A DNA stretch of 64,000 nt, from the NCBI RefSeq assembly GCF_001194135.2, contig NC_068982.1, positions 15,179,682 through 15,243,681 of the forward strand, read 5' to 3'. Both the position numbers and the translations under genes were made by a program. Shown in pieces: positions 35,777 through 49,115 of this stretch (positions are counted from its first letter, which is position 1; every line of letters starts with the position of its first letter). Source of the stretch: Octopus bimaculoides. Lineage: Eukaryota. The notes below the pieces were generated by a model. It saw only the letters and a program-made list of their open reading frames with translations. It did no database searches and was not told where the DNA came from.

Positions 35777-38579
35777 TAGCACCACTTTTGCTAAAAATAA
35801 GAGTTAAAACAACTCAAAAGCCACAAAAGCACTGTCTTAATGACTGACAAGGGAAGGCATATAGTCGTATCGCATTTTTGGGTTTTGATGCAGACCATCT
35901 TAATCCTCATCAGCAACTCTTAATGCCTAGGGTTAAACTCAACTTCTCTGTCAGTCATCATCATCATCATCATTTAATGTCCATTGTACATGCCGGTATG
36001 GGTTGGATGGTTTGACCAGGGCTGGTAAGCTGGAAGGCTGCACCAGACTCCAGTCTGATTTGGCATGGTTTTCAATGGTTGGATGCCCTTCCTAATACTA
36101 ACCACTCCAAGAGTGTAATGGGTGCTTTTATGTACCATTAGCATGGATGCCATTAGCATGACAAGAAAAACTGTTGGAAGCATGTGCTGATTTTTAAAAT
36201 GGTAAAAGTGTAAACAACAAATTAATTAAGGTGGCTTATTAGCAATTAGAACCTAAAGGTGGCCTCAGTGGCACCAACCTACCCCAATACACTGGGCGTT
36301 TGGTTATGGCTATGATCCCCACCTCTGCTGCCCCAGAGGAGGGCAATTGATGCACCCTCTGGACATGTGGCTTGTCCACAAAAGCTGGGGGTCCTGCTCA
36401 TGTCTGTTGACCCTCACCCTGCCCAGATGGCAGGTGTTAATGTCCGATCATGTGTCAAAAACCTGTGTCCTCCAAAAGTGATGCTCGAGGTCTCTTCCTT
36501 CTGGTTGTACCAATTATAGCGGCATCTTGAGGTAGTGGTTAGATGGAGCCAGCACACATGCAGCCACTGGCATCATGGTGGTACCAGCCACCCTAAGACA
36601 TCAGGTATTTAGGTGTCGTTATGATCTTTAGCATTGAGGGGAAATTGCAGCCCTCCCCGCAAGTGGATGGAGGCACCCCCTGGATGCGTAGCTCTGTCCA
36701 CGAAAGTTGGGACTCCATTGGCCCCTCACTCGGGGGGAAATATGGGCAATAACTCTTGAAATATGCATATACATTCATTACAAGTATTTTCTGTCTTTGA
36801 TCACATTGTTTACACACAGACATCCATATATGGAATGTTGTAACTTCCAAAACTGTCTCTGAATTCTATAGAAAATCTGTAGAGATAAACTTTGAAATAT
36901 GTACCTCGCACTGCTAACACATAAATAAGGCACAATATATTAACTTGTAAACCTTTGATAGTACATCATGGTTGCCAAAAAAATAGTCTCCATGCTAGTA
37001 ATCAATATTTCCATTCTAATTGCCAGAAATGCATTTAATATATAAACTGGTCTATCTTGCAGTAGTACACTACTAAACTTAGTGGGTATTTAAGCAATGT
37101 GATCATGGAGAGTAGAAGGGTTGGATGTGATGCTGATGAAAGAGCAATAACTCTTCAAATACCTATATACATCCATTAGCTATCTTTTACTATCTTTGAT
37201 CACATTGTTTACATAGATGTATTTGTATATGAAATGTAACTTATAGTGCTAGATCTGAATTCTTTAGAGAATCTATAGAGATAAACTTGTACCTTTTGTG
37301 TTACACTAAGAAGTGGTTCACAACACCAGAATTTTCTACTCAAGTCAGCTGTAACAGACTACTCCAAATCATGGTTAGAGTATCAAAGAAGGTCTTAGAT
37401 AATGGATGCATTTCTTATTACGTATTATGCTGAGCTGAAATGTATGTATTGAGTTCAAATTATCACTATTTGGTTTGACTTCATTATTACAACTTATATA
37501 TCATCATCATCATCATTCAACATCTGCCTTCCATACTGGCATGAGTTGGATGTTTTGACAGGTGTGTCTGTTTTGGCATGGTTTTTACAGCTGGATGCCC
37601 TTCCTAACACCAACCACCCCACAAAGTGGACCACGGGCTTTCTACATGGCACCAGCTCAGGTGAGGTCAGTTTTGGCATGGTTTTTACAGCTGGATGCCC
37701 TTCCTAACACCAACCACCCCACAAAGTGGACCAAGGGCTTTCTATGTGGCACCAGCTCAGGTGAGGTTAATTTTGGTATGGTTTTTACAGCTGGATGCCC
37801 TTCCTAACACCAACCACTTTACAGTGTGGACTGGACGTTTTTTATGTGGCTTTTACTTCTTTCATTCATTAGACTGAAGCCCTGCTGGAGCACTGCCTTG
37901 AAGCATTTCAGTCAAACTTATCAACCCAGTATTTATGATTTTCTGTAAAACCTAGTATTTATTCTATTGGTCTCTTTCCCTGAACTGCTTAGCCCTGGGG
38001 CATAAACACTCCAACGTTGGTTGTCAAGTGGTGGTGGGCATCCAACAGTAGAAAAATTTGTCTCAACAAATTCCGTCATAACTATGAAAGCAGGAAAAAA
38101 TTGGACGTTAAAAGGATGATGACGAAGGTGATTTATGCATGAATAACTCTGTATGTATGTGTGTGTGTGTGTGTGTTTGTCACAAACAGCCCTGATTGCA
38201 GGAAGCAAAAAGATATAAAGAAAACTGGTTTTATGTAAAAATAGTAACTTAGTGAATTGATGAAACAGAAATATCCATTTTCTGAACTAAGTATATTATA
38301 ATCCATGTGGTGCATGCAAAACAGCAAGATTCTAAACAATAATGGATTTCTTCATTCTTAATATGTTCTGAAAGAGTTGAATGTGAAACATCAGTGATCA
38401 GATATTCATGTTTGAATCTGCCAAAATATATTAAGAATGAATCGGTACATTATTGAAATAGGTTTGTTGATATAAACAGGAAAATAGAACTCAATGGTTA
38501 TATTCTTTTATTCACTTATTCTTTCATTCGTTTATTCTTTTATCCTTCTATTTGTTTCAGTCATAAGACATTGACAATG

Positions 38580-38628
<49 letters not shown>

Positions 38629-38644
38629 CATATGTATATATATA

Positions 38645-38681
<37 letters not shown>

Positions 38682-39509
38682 GTATATATGTACACACACA
38701 CACACACACACATATATATCTGAAATTATAGAATTATTGCAAAATAATAACATTGGGGTTCACCTGTCTATTTTCAACAATCCATGGTATTCCTAGGAAA
38801 AGTTTATCAAACATGGTGTGCTAGTAACATACTTTAATAATATTTCCACCCCCATAACAGTTCTATGATGTTAAAAATGCATGCTACACTAAATGACATT
38901 TAAGTAGTTTTATTTATTAAGCAATGCTCAAATCTACTTTTCCTGTGAGTCTTCGAAACAGCTTAGTTCTTTATTCACAAGACTTTGTTGCACTGCACCA
39001 AAAATTTACTCTGCCAAAGTTCAGCATATTTTCTCGTTACATGATTGTCACATGACATTACCAATATCCTGTTACTGTCACTTCCATTCATTCTGAGATT
39101 AATCCGTTTTATATAATTTTCTAATCTTCTGATTCCAAGTTTTAACTACACTGGACTTTCAAAATCTTTCACCTTTTAGCTAGATCTACAAGAAAATCAA
39201 GTGGACCATTCTTTAGAGATTCCATTAAGAATTAATAAAATAATGAAGAAAATATTTTTTCATTGTTTTAGATGAAGGTATGGATTAGTGTTTTGGTCTT
39301 GCTGTAAAACTAAATTTGTATCTGCCGTTGGATGTTGTATTCCTTGAAGGAGATAAAAAAAACCAAACAAGCCAAAAAACTGAAAACTAAAAAGTAAATC
39401 ATATACTGCTATAGCAAACCAGCATTTATTACACGTATTTAGAACTTACATTCCCAGAGTTACAGTATGTCTTTGGTCATCTTCATTAATTCCAGAAGTG
39501 TGCTGAGAA

Positions 39510-40000
39510 TAGCAAATGCCTTTATAAATCATTTATATCAGAACCTGGCCAAGGCATTTGACCTTCCAACAGAGATAGCCTTTTCAAGATTCCTCTGGAG
39601 AACGGCTGCTCACCAAAACTGCGGAACATGATTGAGTCCTTCAGCTCTAATTGAAGGGGACAGTGTTATTCAACAATAACTCTTTTGAGTCCATCCCCAA
39701 TGTATCAAGATAGACTGCATCTACATTCCCACATTCTCTAGAATTCTCTTTGTTGTGCTGCTGCAATAGGCCTTCAGTGACACAACAGAGAAGATCTATA
39801 TCTGTACTTGACAGTCTCTTCAATCTATTTTGCCTGAAACTAAGATAAAAATACAAGTAGCACTTATCAGAGACCTGCTGTTCCCTGATGATGCAGAAGC
39901 TGCAACTCACATCCTGTTAGAACTTCAGTCACTGATAGGCTAGGTCTCTCATGCTAGCAAAGATTTCAGGTTGGTTATGGCCTCTGTGAAGAGACCTATT
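39510..40000 (+). mobile_element. Decayed RTE-BovB-like reverse transcriptase fragment
   Basis: With frameshifts and stops: NLAKAFD, LLQ*AFSDTTEKIYI, LFNL, IRDLLFPDDA (FADD motif), ELQSLI..SHASKDF. Confidence 0.7.
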
Positions 40001-42210
40001 AGCCATTCCCAGTGGCACCACAAAGATGTCTGCATGAGATATGTAAGTACCAAGTTTTAAAGGAAAAAAAATGTACTGGGGTTGATTCATTTGATTGAAA
40101 TTGTTCAAAGTGGTGCTTCAGCATGGCCACAGTCCAGTGTAATGACCGAAACAAGTAAAAGATGTAAGATAACTCAAATAACGGGAATATACTGTTGTGC
40201 TGATTGTTGGTCATCTTCATTTCAAAGACGACCAACTCATACACTGTCAAATTATTTTATTTTTTTGTAGATTAGTTAGTCATAATTTGCCCCTACATAA
40301 AGGGGTATATAATTTGAGGGGTATCTGGTTGCTCTTTCTAGCAGGTCAAACTGCCATAGATAGCCTCCCCGATAGGCTGGTATTTATATTAAAGTTGTTT
40401 GGAGATATTAAAGTGTTTTAAGTAGAGGTCAGGAGTATTTGCTCCACGAGACTTTAGAAGTTCACAAAATGTTGTAGCATTTGACCAAAGAGGGGACAAC
40501 CACAAAATATTGATGCCATAATTGGTTTGTCACCATTTGTTGTACCAACCACATGGTTCCAGGTTCAGTCCCACTGTGTGGCACCTTGGGCAAGTGTCTT
40601 CTACTATAGCCTCAGGCCGACCAAAGCCTTGTGAGTGGATTTGGTAGACGGAAACTGAAAGAAGTCTGTTGTATATATGTATATATATATGTGTGTGTGT
40701 GTGTTTGTGTGCCTGTGTTTGTTCCCCCAACATTGCTTGACAACCGATGGTGGTGTGTTTATGTCCCTGTAACTTAGCGGTTCGGCAAAAGAGACCAATA
40801 GAATAAGTACTAGGCTTACATAGAATAAGTCCTGAGGTCGATTTGCTTGACTAAAGGCGGTGCTCCAGCATGGCCGCAGTCAAATGACTGAAACAAGTAA
40901 AAGAGTAAAGAGTAAAAGAGTTAAGTAGAAGTCTGTTTATTTTCTTTTAACTGGGAATATTATTGCACAGACAATAACCACATTATTATTGCTGTTGTTT
41001 TGTTGTTGGTTCTTTTGTAGTTATTGTTGTTTTAGCATATCATCAGCTTTGTCTCAGCAGATTTACAATCAAAACCAGTCCAGCCCTGACCCACTTGTCT
41101 TTCTTTCTTAATCTCATTGTCCATTTCTTCATTTTTAAAGACATCTATAGCATGATATGAATGAGATTAGGTTGCTATATTTAGCAGGTCAGGAAACCAT
41201 ACAAAGATCCTAAGTAAAAAAAAACAAAAAACAGTAATGATGGCTAGAATTATGTGTACAGTAGAGAGAATAAAAGAGAGAAAGAGGGAAAAGCAAACAT
41301 CAAAGGAGTCATAAGGGTGCATAGGAATACCAGGAGCAGGGTATGCATACATACATACATACATACATACATACATACATACATACAAACATGCCAATGT
41401 TAAAGGCACAAATTGTAATGATCTTTTGAATGTTGACTGATGAAGAATTAGCTATGAGTTTTCTGTTTATTATGTTTTTGTAAAATTTCCCATTTATAGT
41501 GTTTTTGTTAAAGTTTTGAAATATATATATGTAAAATTTATTAATAAGGGTAGAAATTGATATTAATCAATTAAAACCAGTGGTCTAGCATATTAAAAAA
41601 ATCCGAAGATTAAAATTATATTACATACAAAAATAAGAGGAATGACCAGCAAAAGTGGACTCCTTACAGTCTGTTGTGTCGCTAAATTTTTACTGAGAAA
41701 ATATTTTTCGTGGTTAGATGATTCGGCATCTATTTCTAGCATATAGGAGTCCACTTTTGCTGGTCATTCCTCCTATATATATATATAAAATAAGAGATGG
41801 AAAAGGCATACAGTTTATGTAGTTTTAATATATTTTAAATGATAGAGTGTTCTGGTAGTCGACCGGTTTCGCATTTCGTTAATCATGACATTGAAATTAT
41901 TGTGATTTCATATTTTCTTAAGACGTTTTTAGTCAGTCCATGTTCTTGTATAAAAGTGTGTGAATGAATCAACCATTCACAAACTTTCATACACGAACAT
42001 GGACTAAAAACTTCTTAAGAAAATATAAAAATCACAATAATTTCAATGTCATAATTAGCAAAATGCGAAACTGGTTGACTACCACAACAATCATTTAAAA
42101 TATATTAAAACTATGTAAACTGTGTACATTTTCCTTCTTTTATTTTTATTTATTCTTTTGCATTACAACTTACCACATGGGGATAACTGAAATTCTCTTC
42201 CTTCTTTTTT

Positions 42211-42252
<42 letters not shown>

Positions 42253-42946
42253 NNNNNNNNNNNNNNNNNNNNNNNNNNNNNNNNNNNNNNNNNNNNNNNN
42301 NNNNNNNNNNNNNNNNNNNNNNNNNNNNNNNNNNNNNNNNNNNNNNNNNNNNNNNNNNNNNNNNNNNNNNNNNNNNNNNNNNNNNNNNNNNNNNNNNNNN
42401 NNNNNNNNNNNNNNNNNNNNNNNNNNNNNNNNNNNNNNNNNNNNNNNNNNNNNNNNNNNNNNNNNNNNNNNNNNNNNNNNNNNNNNNNNNNNNNNNNNNN
42501 NNNNNNNNNNNNNNNNNNNNNNNNNNNNNNNNNNNNNNNNNNNNNNNNNNNNNNNNNNNNNNNNNNNNNNNNNNNNNNNNNNNNNNNNNNNNNNNNNNNN
42601 NNNNNNNNNNNNNNNNNNNNNNNNNNNNNNNNNNNNNNNNNNNNNNNNNNNNNNNNNNNNNNNNNNNNNNNNNNNNNNNNNNNNNNNNNNNNNNNNNNNN
42701 NNNNNNNNNNNNNNNNNNNNNNNNNNNNNNNNNNNNNNNNNNNNNNNNNNNNNNNNNNNNNNNNNNNNNNNNNNNNNNNNNNNNNNNNNNNNNNNNNNNN
42801 NNNNNNNNNNNNNNNNNNNNNNNNNNNNNNNNNNNNNNNNNNNNNNNNNNNNNNNNNNNNNNNNNNNNNNNNNNNNNNNNNNNNNNNNNNNNNNNNNNNN
42901 NNNNNNNNNNNNNNNNNNNNNNNNNNNNNNNNNNNNNNNNNNNNNN

Positions 42947-43190
42947 GTGCGGGTGGCACATAAAAGACACCATTTCGAGCGTGGCCGTTTTCGTGCGGGT
43001 GACACGTAAAAGCACCCACTACACTCTCTGAGTGGTTGGCGTTAGGAAGGGCATCCAGCTGTAGAAACTCTGCCAAATCAGACTGGAGCCTGGTGTTGCC
43101 ATCCGGTTTCACCAGTCCTCAGTCAAATCGTCCAACCCATGCTAGCATGGAAAGCGGACGTTAAACGATGATGATGATGATGATGATGAT
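42947..43190 (+). mobile_element. LINE 3'-tail copy after a gap. Further copies at ~7820-8140(+), 16258-16420(-), 18905-19090(+), 22180-22360(+), 22910-23295(+), 25240-25435(-), 27108-27460(-), 35955-36140(-), 37500-37850(-), 53410-53507(+), 63853-63907(-)
   Basis: Shared GTGGTTGGCGTTAGGAAGGGCATCCAGCTGTAGAAAC core and (GAT)n tail. Confidence 0.85.
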
Positions 43191-43926
43191 ATATATATAT
43201 ATATATAAGTATGCCTATGCATGCATGTATATATGTATGTTTTGCATCTCAAAAAAGAAATATTAATCAACTGCTTATCACTCCCAAAACCTCCAGCACA
43301 CTACAACAAATATTATTGAAGCCAACCAGGACTGTCTCGCCTTTTTACAAGTACACAGGATGACAGCAGAAGTGTGATAGCAGTGGTGGTGGTTATGGTG
43401 GCGGTGGTGGCGGTATTCGGTTATCTCTCACATGAGTTGTTACTTTTGTGATTTAGTCTCAGGTGAACCTTAATCAAAGAAACCAGATGCTTTCCACCCG
43501 AAACCATTCCATTCTTTTATCAGTACCTAAGACTATATTATCCAATAGATTGTCTCTTTATTTACTATATTTTCCAGCAAACAAATCAAAATTTTCCAAA
43601 CCAAAATTTACAGCCAAAATGCGGTAAGTTGACTTATGCACCAAGACAACTTCTGAGGAGCAAAAATTCCTAGTGAAATGCTGCAAGACTGGGAAAGACT
43701 GTAAAGATGTTTGATTGTTTAAACTACAGACTATGTCCAACAGCATAACTAGGTTCTAAAATTAGGGGGACAGAGCATATACAAAAAAAAAAGAAAAGGC
43801 ACTGCGACACATACCAAACAACTGTTAACTCGTTTGTCTTGTATTACCTGAAATATTTCATTAGTTAAAATATACATAATTGTATTCTACGTTCATTAAT
43901 TTCATGTTTCTGTTAGAATGTTGTTA

Positions 43927-44489
43927 CAGTAATCCCTCGACTATTGCAGGTATTATGTTCCAAAACCCCATGTGATAGGTGAAAATCCACAAAGTAGAAA
44001 CAGTACTGTACTGTATATATTTTTTAATCATTTTTATAATTTGTATATATTTATTTTATTACAAATGCAAAACAACACCACGGAAGGATCGACGTAAGCT
44101 TAAATAATAAACCATGATGGTTGGTACTCTGTCGGTTATGACGTTGAGGGTTCCAGTTGATCTGATCCGATCAACGGTACAGACTGCTTGTGAAATTAAC
44201 ATGCAAGTGGCTGAGCACTCCACAGACATGTGTACCTTTAACGTAGTTCTCGGGGAGATTCAGCGTGACACAGAGTGTGAAACAGGAAGAAAGAGTGAGA
44301 GAAAGTTGTGGTGAAAGAGTACAGCAGGGTTCGTCACCATCCCCTGCCGGAGCCTCGTGGAACTTTAGGTGTTTCCGCTCAATAAACACTCACAACGCCC
44401 AGTCTGGGAATTGAAACTGCACTCCTACGACCGCGAGTCCGCTGCCCTAACCAACTGGGTCATTGCGCCTCCACGGCGAGAGATTACTG
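43927..44489. mobile_element. Same MITE, interrupted by a SINE
   Basis: TA|CAGTAATCCCTCG...CGAGAGATTACTG|TA; internal sequence is colinear with 18376-18586. Confidence 0.85.
44120..44472 (-). mobile_element. tRNA-derived SINE (family D head) nested in a Tigger-like MITE
   Basis: The reverse complement begins GGAGGCGCAATGACCCAG; its first ~190 bp match 13880-14070. Confidence 0.8.
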
Positions 44490-45294
44490 TATGTATAAAA
44501 CATACAGTTACTGATATAGGTAACAAAAGAGTTAAAAATTATTGAAAAGGCTCCGATTTTAAAGAATGTGCTCCCCTATTAGCTATACCTCTGCTAATGT
44601 CAACTTGTATCCTGGAAATAGGGTAAAATAAAAAGGTGAGAATGCAAGATGGTTTGGCTGCTATTTCTAACATTTTGAGCAACCATGTAGAGGCTTCCCT
44701 GTTGTCTGAAATACTTTATTCTTAGACATATTATCATTCTTATTGCGTGACCAAACTCTGACGTAATTGAAGGAAATGATGAACATTTATTTATCTTATC
44801 TCTCAGACATTTAAGTTAAACAAAACTTGGAAAATATAATATAAAAAAACACAAACAACAAAATAACCCCCTCCCCCCCAAAAAAATAAATAAAACTGTA
44901 GCATTGGCAGCTTAATAAGTAATTATGATTTTGTTTGTTTCTAAATAAATTAATGTTTAGATAAGAAAATTATTTGCATCTTTAAAAGAATTTTCAACTG
45001 AATATATATATAATTATTTTATATATATATATACATACATACATACATATATCTATCTATCTATCTATCTANNNNNNNNNNNNNNNNNNNNNNNNNNNNN
45101 NNNNNNNNNNNNNNNNNNNNNNNNNNNNNNNNNNNNNNNNNNNNNNNNNNNNNNNNNNNNNNNNNNNNNNNNNNNNNNNNNNNNNNNNNNNNNNNNNNNN
45201 NNNNNNNNNNNNNNNNNNNNNNNNNNNNNNNNNNNNNNNNNNNNNNNNNNNNNNNNNNNNNNNNNNNNNNNNNNNNNNNNNNNNNNNNNNNNTA

Positions 45295-45326
<32 letters not shown>

Positions 45327-46075
45327 CACACACATATATATACACACACATATATACACATATATGAATGTGTGTGTGCATGCGTGTATCCCTTCATCTG
45401 ATATGAATTCAACAGCTGTATGAAACAGCATTTCTTTATTTACTTGTCTCTTTTTATCAGTTCTCACCATCTTTGTTTTATGTATACTATTTAATTCCAT
45501 ATCTCTTATTCATCTCAGCACAATTAGCATAAAATATGTCAATTATACGTTTACTTAGCCAGAACTTGTCAATTATTTCCACCCCCACCCCACTAAATAA
45601 ACATATTTTCTCAGTTGAGAACGTAAGATTTAAAAAAAAAACCTTCTTAAATAATGACCTATCTTTAACTAGTTTATTTTTTACTATCCATATATATATA
45701 TATGATGAAAAAAGGCAATGGTGTGATAAAGAAAATTCTAGATGTTATCCTTTAATCAATTTTGAGGGGACCTATACTGTCAGCTGCCGTAGTTAAGAGT
45801 TGCAACGCAAGTAGATGTAAGGGACATAACTGTTTTATAATTAAGCATCTTCAACGAAATACAATGTTTGATGGCAGAAAAGAACACAAGTAGACGCCCT
45901 CTGATTTCAGCAGCGCATATTCAGGGAAAAAAATGTCTTTAGCCTATTAAAACATGTAATATTTAAAGCAATCTCGCATATAGAACTTGAGGTGATTCTG
46001 TGGAGAGAAGTGCTTCTTATATGCCATTAGATACAATCACTATTTGAGCTCGTATTACACAAATCAGGCTTTGTA

Positions 46076-46985
46076 CGGGTGTAGGTTGAAAAGTTTTTAG
46101 GCTGACTACGAAGGAGAGATGCTAGGACTCTGAAAAACTTGCTGGCGTTAATTTTTTTACTCTCTTCTTTTTAATAACCACATTGTTTCTTTCCAGGTAA
46201 CCTGACATCTGACTGGTCAAAGAAAACTTCAAAAGTAACTGGTAGTGAATTCTCCTGAAAATGGACATGATTTGGCATCGTAATGTTATCATGTACCTGC
46301 AGAAAAACGGTTCAGCCCCAGTGGACATTCATGCTGATATGGTTACTACATTAAGGGACGAAGCTGCAGTTTTATCAACAGTGCAAACGTGAGCAGCTGA
46401 ATTTTGGAGAAGAAGAGAGAGTCTAGAAGATGGCCCGAGGTCTGAATGTCCTGCAACTGTCACCACTGAGGAAAACATTGATTGTGTTCACCACAAGGTG
46501 ATAGATGACAAGCAATTGACTATAAATTGACTATAATAGCCATTACTATTAGCATGTCTCATGAGAGAGTCGAGAATATTCTGTACAACGAACTTGTCAT
46601 GACGATAGTTTCTTTTCAGTGGGTGCCACGTCTTCTGATTCCTGGTCAAGAACGCACCAGGTTGATCATATCATGGGAAAAAAAATCTGGCATAGTTTGA
46701 GGCAGACCCGGCTGGTTTACTTGAATGTTTCCTAACCCAGGAAGAGTGTTACGTTCGTCACTTAGAGAGAGAGAGAGAATTGATGCAGTGAGAACATCCA
46801 TCATCACCTGCTCCAAAGAAGGCCGAGGTCGTTTCATATGCAGGGAAGGTGATGGCTTCAGTTTTTTGGGGGATGCAAAAGGCATTATGTTTGTTGACTA
46901 TCTTCAAAATAGAGAGAACTACGACAACTTGCTGAGGCAGTTATGATAGGCTATCAAGACCAAACACCCAGGAAAACTGCTCTGG
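46076..46985 (+). pseudogene. Mariner-family transposase fossil with left TIR
   Basis: TA|CGGGTGTAGGTTGAAAAGTT end. From ATG 46261: HRNVIMYLQKNG..STVQT*AAEF..ESLEDGPRS (HTH), WVPRLL, FLTQEE (D1 region), PKKA..AGKVMASVF/WDAKGIMFVDYL. Stops and frameshifts; no right TIR found. Confidence 0.85.
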
Positions 46986-47885
46986 CACACAAATATCAGG
47001 GAAGAAGTTTAGAGTATGAGTCTCGAAAAGTTTAGCAGGTGCTCTAGCCACTTGTAGGTGGGAAATACCAAGGTTAACAGAAAGGTTTTATCCATGATAA
47101 ATAACTTTAATTTCATTAAGTAATTTTAAAAAAGGCATGCAAGAAATGACATCAGCTTAAAGTTATCAAAGAACAGCAAGTCCTATGGTTTAGCATAATT
47201 TTTCATAAATATTTTTGTAATACAAGATCCATTTATTTTCATTTATAATTCAAAATTAGCCACAAAATTGGTCATTTCTTTTGAGGAAACGAGTTATTTT
47301 TTAGGTTGAGTTGAATAATCTTTTACTGATGGCATCTTCTGACGAGCATGTATCTGTGAGAATTTTTACTACATTATTAAGTTTTGCTATTATCTTAGAA
47401 AGTTTAAGAGGTTCAGAAACAGAACATACAGTTGTCAGGAAAATAGATTCAAATTGAATCGACAAAGAAGCTGCCTTTGACTGTAGTGCAGAAGTGGTAT
47501 AGCAACTAGACTAGCAGGCTATAACTAAATTGCTTACCATTTTACGCTTTTGATCAGCAACAGGTTTTGATAGATGCAGGCATGACAGTGGCTTTTGAGT
47601 TGTCACAAAAAGTTATCTTAATGTTTTAATGTGAGGTAAAAGAGATGTGGCTACCACACTGGTAGTCAAAAGCCTAGTGTCTAAACGCTTTACACTTTTT
47701 TGACAAACAGCAGTTTTGGCTGGATGCAAAGTATGAGGTTAAATCTTTCAGCTACCATAGAAAATGTATGTTCTCTAGATTTTAGGATACAAAGCAGAAG
47801 ATTTTTCAAATTTGTCACTGAATTTTTCTTTTGACTACAAAGAAACCCATGAAAGCAAAAAGATATTTGATATACTTCTGCATAT

Positions 47886-48205
47886 CAAAGTCAAAAACCA
47901 GCACAACTCCCATGACTTTCAGAAACATTTTTTCACACCCAGAGTTGCTGAAGCATGGAACAATCTACCTGCATCAGTTGTTAGTTGCCAACACATTGCA
48001 TCATTTAAAACCTTCATGCTTTCTGAAATTTGCCAACACTACACCTGATATCCCCCACTCCATACACATGCACACATGTATATCATGACTCATATAGAAT
48101 GTTCACTTTCCTGACTTTTGTACATAATTCTATGTACTGTACATACACCTTTGATGAGTTGCAGTGCACCTGAGCACTATACACAATAATTTCATTATTA
48201 TTATA
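47886..48205 (+). mobile_element. CR1/L2-type LINE 3' end (second copy)
   Basis: KHFFTPRVAEAWNNLPASVVS..FKTFML. Aligns by eye with ~1577-1896. Confidence 0.8.
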
Positions 48206-48913
48206 TTTTTATTAGATTGAGCATGTCTCGAATATCTCATCTGCAGGCTCACACTGTCCAATTGCTAATGTTTTATTCTCTAGCAGTGTGGTTCTGAGAA
48301 TGTTTGAACATGTAGAAAATTGTAGGATTAAAACCTTACAGCTTTAGTAACCAGGATCAGATGTGCTCTGAAGATTAACTAATCAGCTCACAGAGATATC
48401 ACTCCATATTATAGAATGTTTTATTATGTTACAGTTGTTCCTATGCAAAAAGGGGTTGTGTAAGCAACAACAGAGGAGAATCAGAGCAGAGATGGCAAAG
48501 GACCTGACACATGCAGCATCCACTTGCATATGGCAGAGGTTAGAAAGATTCCAGATAAGAAAGACAAACATAGGATTCTTAGTCCCCACACAGCCTGTGT
48601 TTAAAAGAATTTCTTCATTACCACTGCACTTCTCTAAGCAAATACCATGAATGTAATATTTCCACCTCTTTCCACAGAAATAAGTGGCCAGCCAATTCTT
48701 AGTTATAAACAAATCAAAGAAGTGTACTTTGCATGCACAGACTACAAGCCCTTTAAACAAACAAGTTCCCTTGGTTGCAGCTCAATTCTGGTTTAAAGGA
48801 ATCTTTGACTATGATGGACAAAGCATTATTTCTGCTGCTCATGCAAAGCTAATATTCTCTGCTTTTAATGTAACTTTGAAATACATTTGCGTCTAGTGTA
48901 CCACAATATTATT

Positions 48914-49115
48914 CTTTTCTACTCTAGACACAAGGCCCGAAATTTTGGGGGAGGGGGCCAGTCGATTAGATCGACCCCAGTATGCAACTGGTACTTAGTT
49001 TATTGACCCCGAAAGGATGAAAGGCAAAGTCGACCTCGGCGGAATTTGAACTCAGAACGTAAAGACATACGAAATACCACCAAGCATGAAACTATTCTGC
49101 CAGTTCGCCGCCTTA
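48914..49115 (-). mobile_element. Family C SINE with 15-bp target-site duplication
   Basis: TACCACAATATTATT at 48899-48913 and 49116-49130. Confidence 0.88.

Noticed and set aside
36260-36760. GC-richer segment with a possible gag zinc-knuckle remnant (minus)
   Set aside because: Only a vague HMIGH trace, with no intact CCHC or splice support.
39647-39910. Minus-strand ORF with a convincing 77-nt GT-AG intron and a downstream AATAAA, suggesting a second gene
   Set aside because: The plus strand carries decayed RT motifs (KAFD, LFPDD) colinear with RTE-BovB, and the upstream frame has a stop; it is antisense to a LINE fossil.
42163-43112. Long ORFs in the track containing X runs or IY/CV/HT repeats (also 9770-10298, 45061-45500, 50291-50756, 51864-52437)
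   Set aside because: Produced by N-gaps and microsatellites.
43558-43746. Minus ORF after a good acceptor
   Set aside because: It overlaps a Tc1/pogo-type terminal repeat also seen at ~19150-19210, and has no recognisable domain or good donor.
48220-48900. Cluster of 70-125-aa ORFs on both strands
   Set aside because: No domain motif or consistent splice phases; probably decayed TE.
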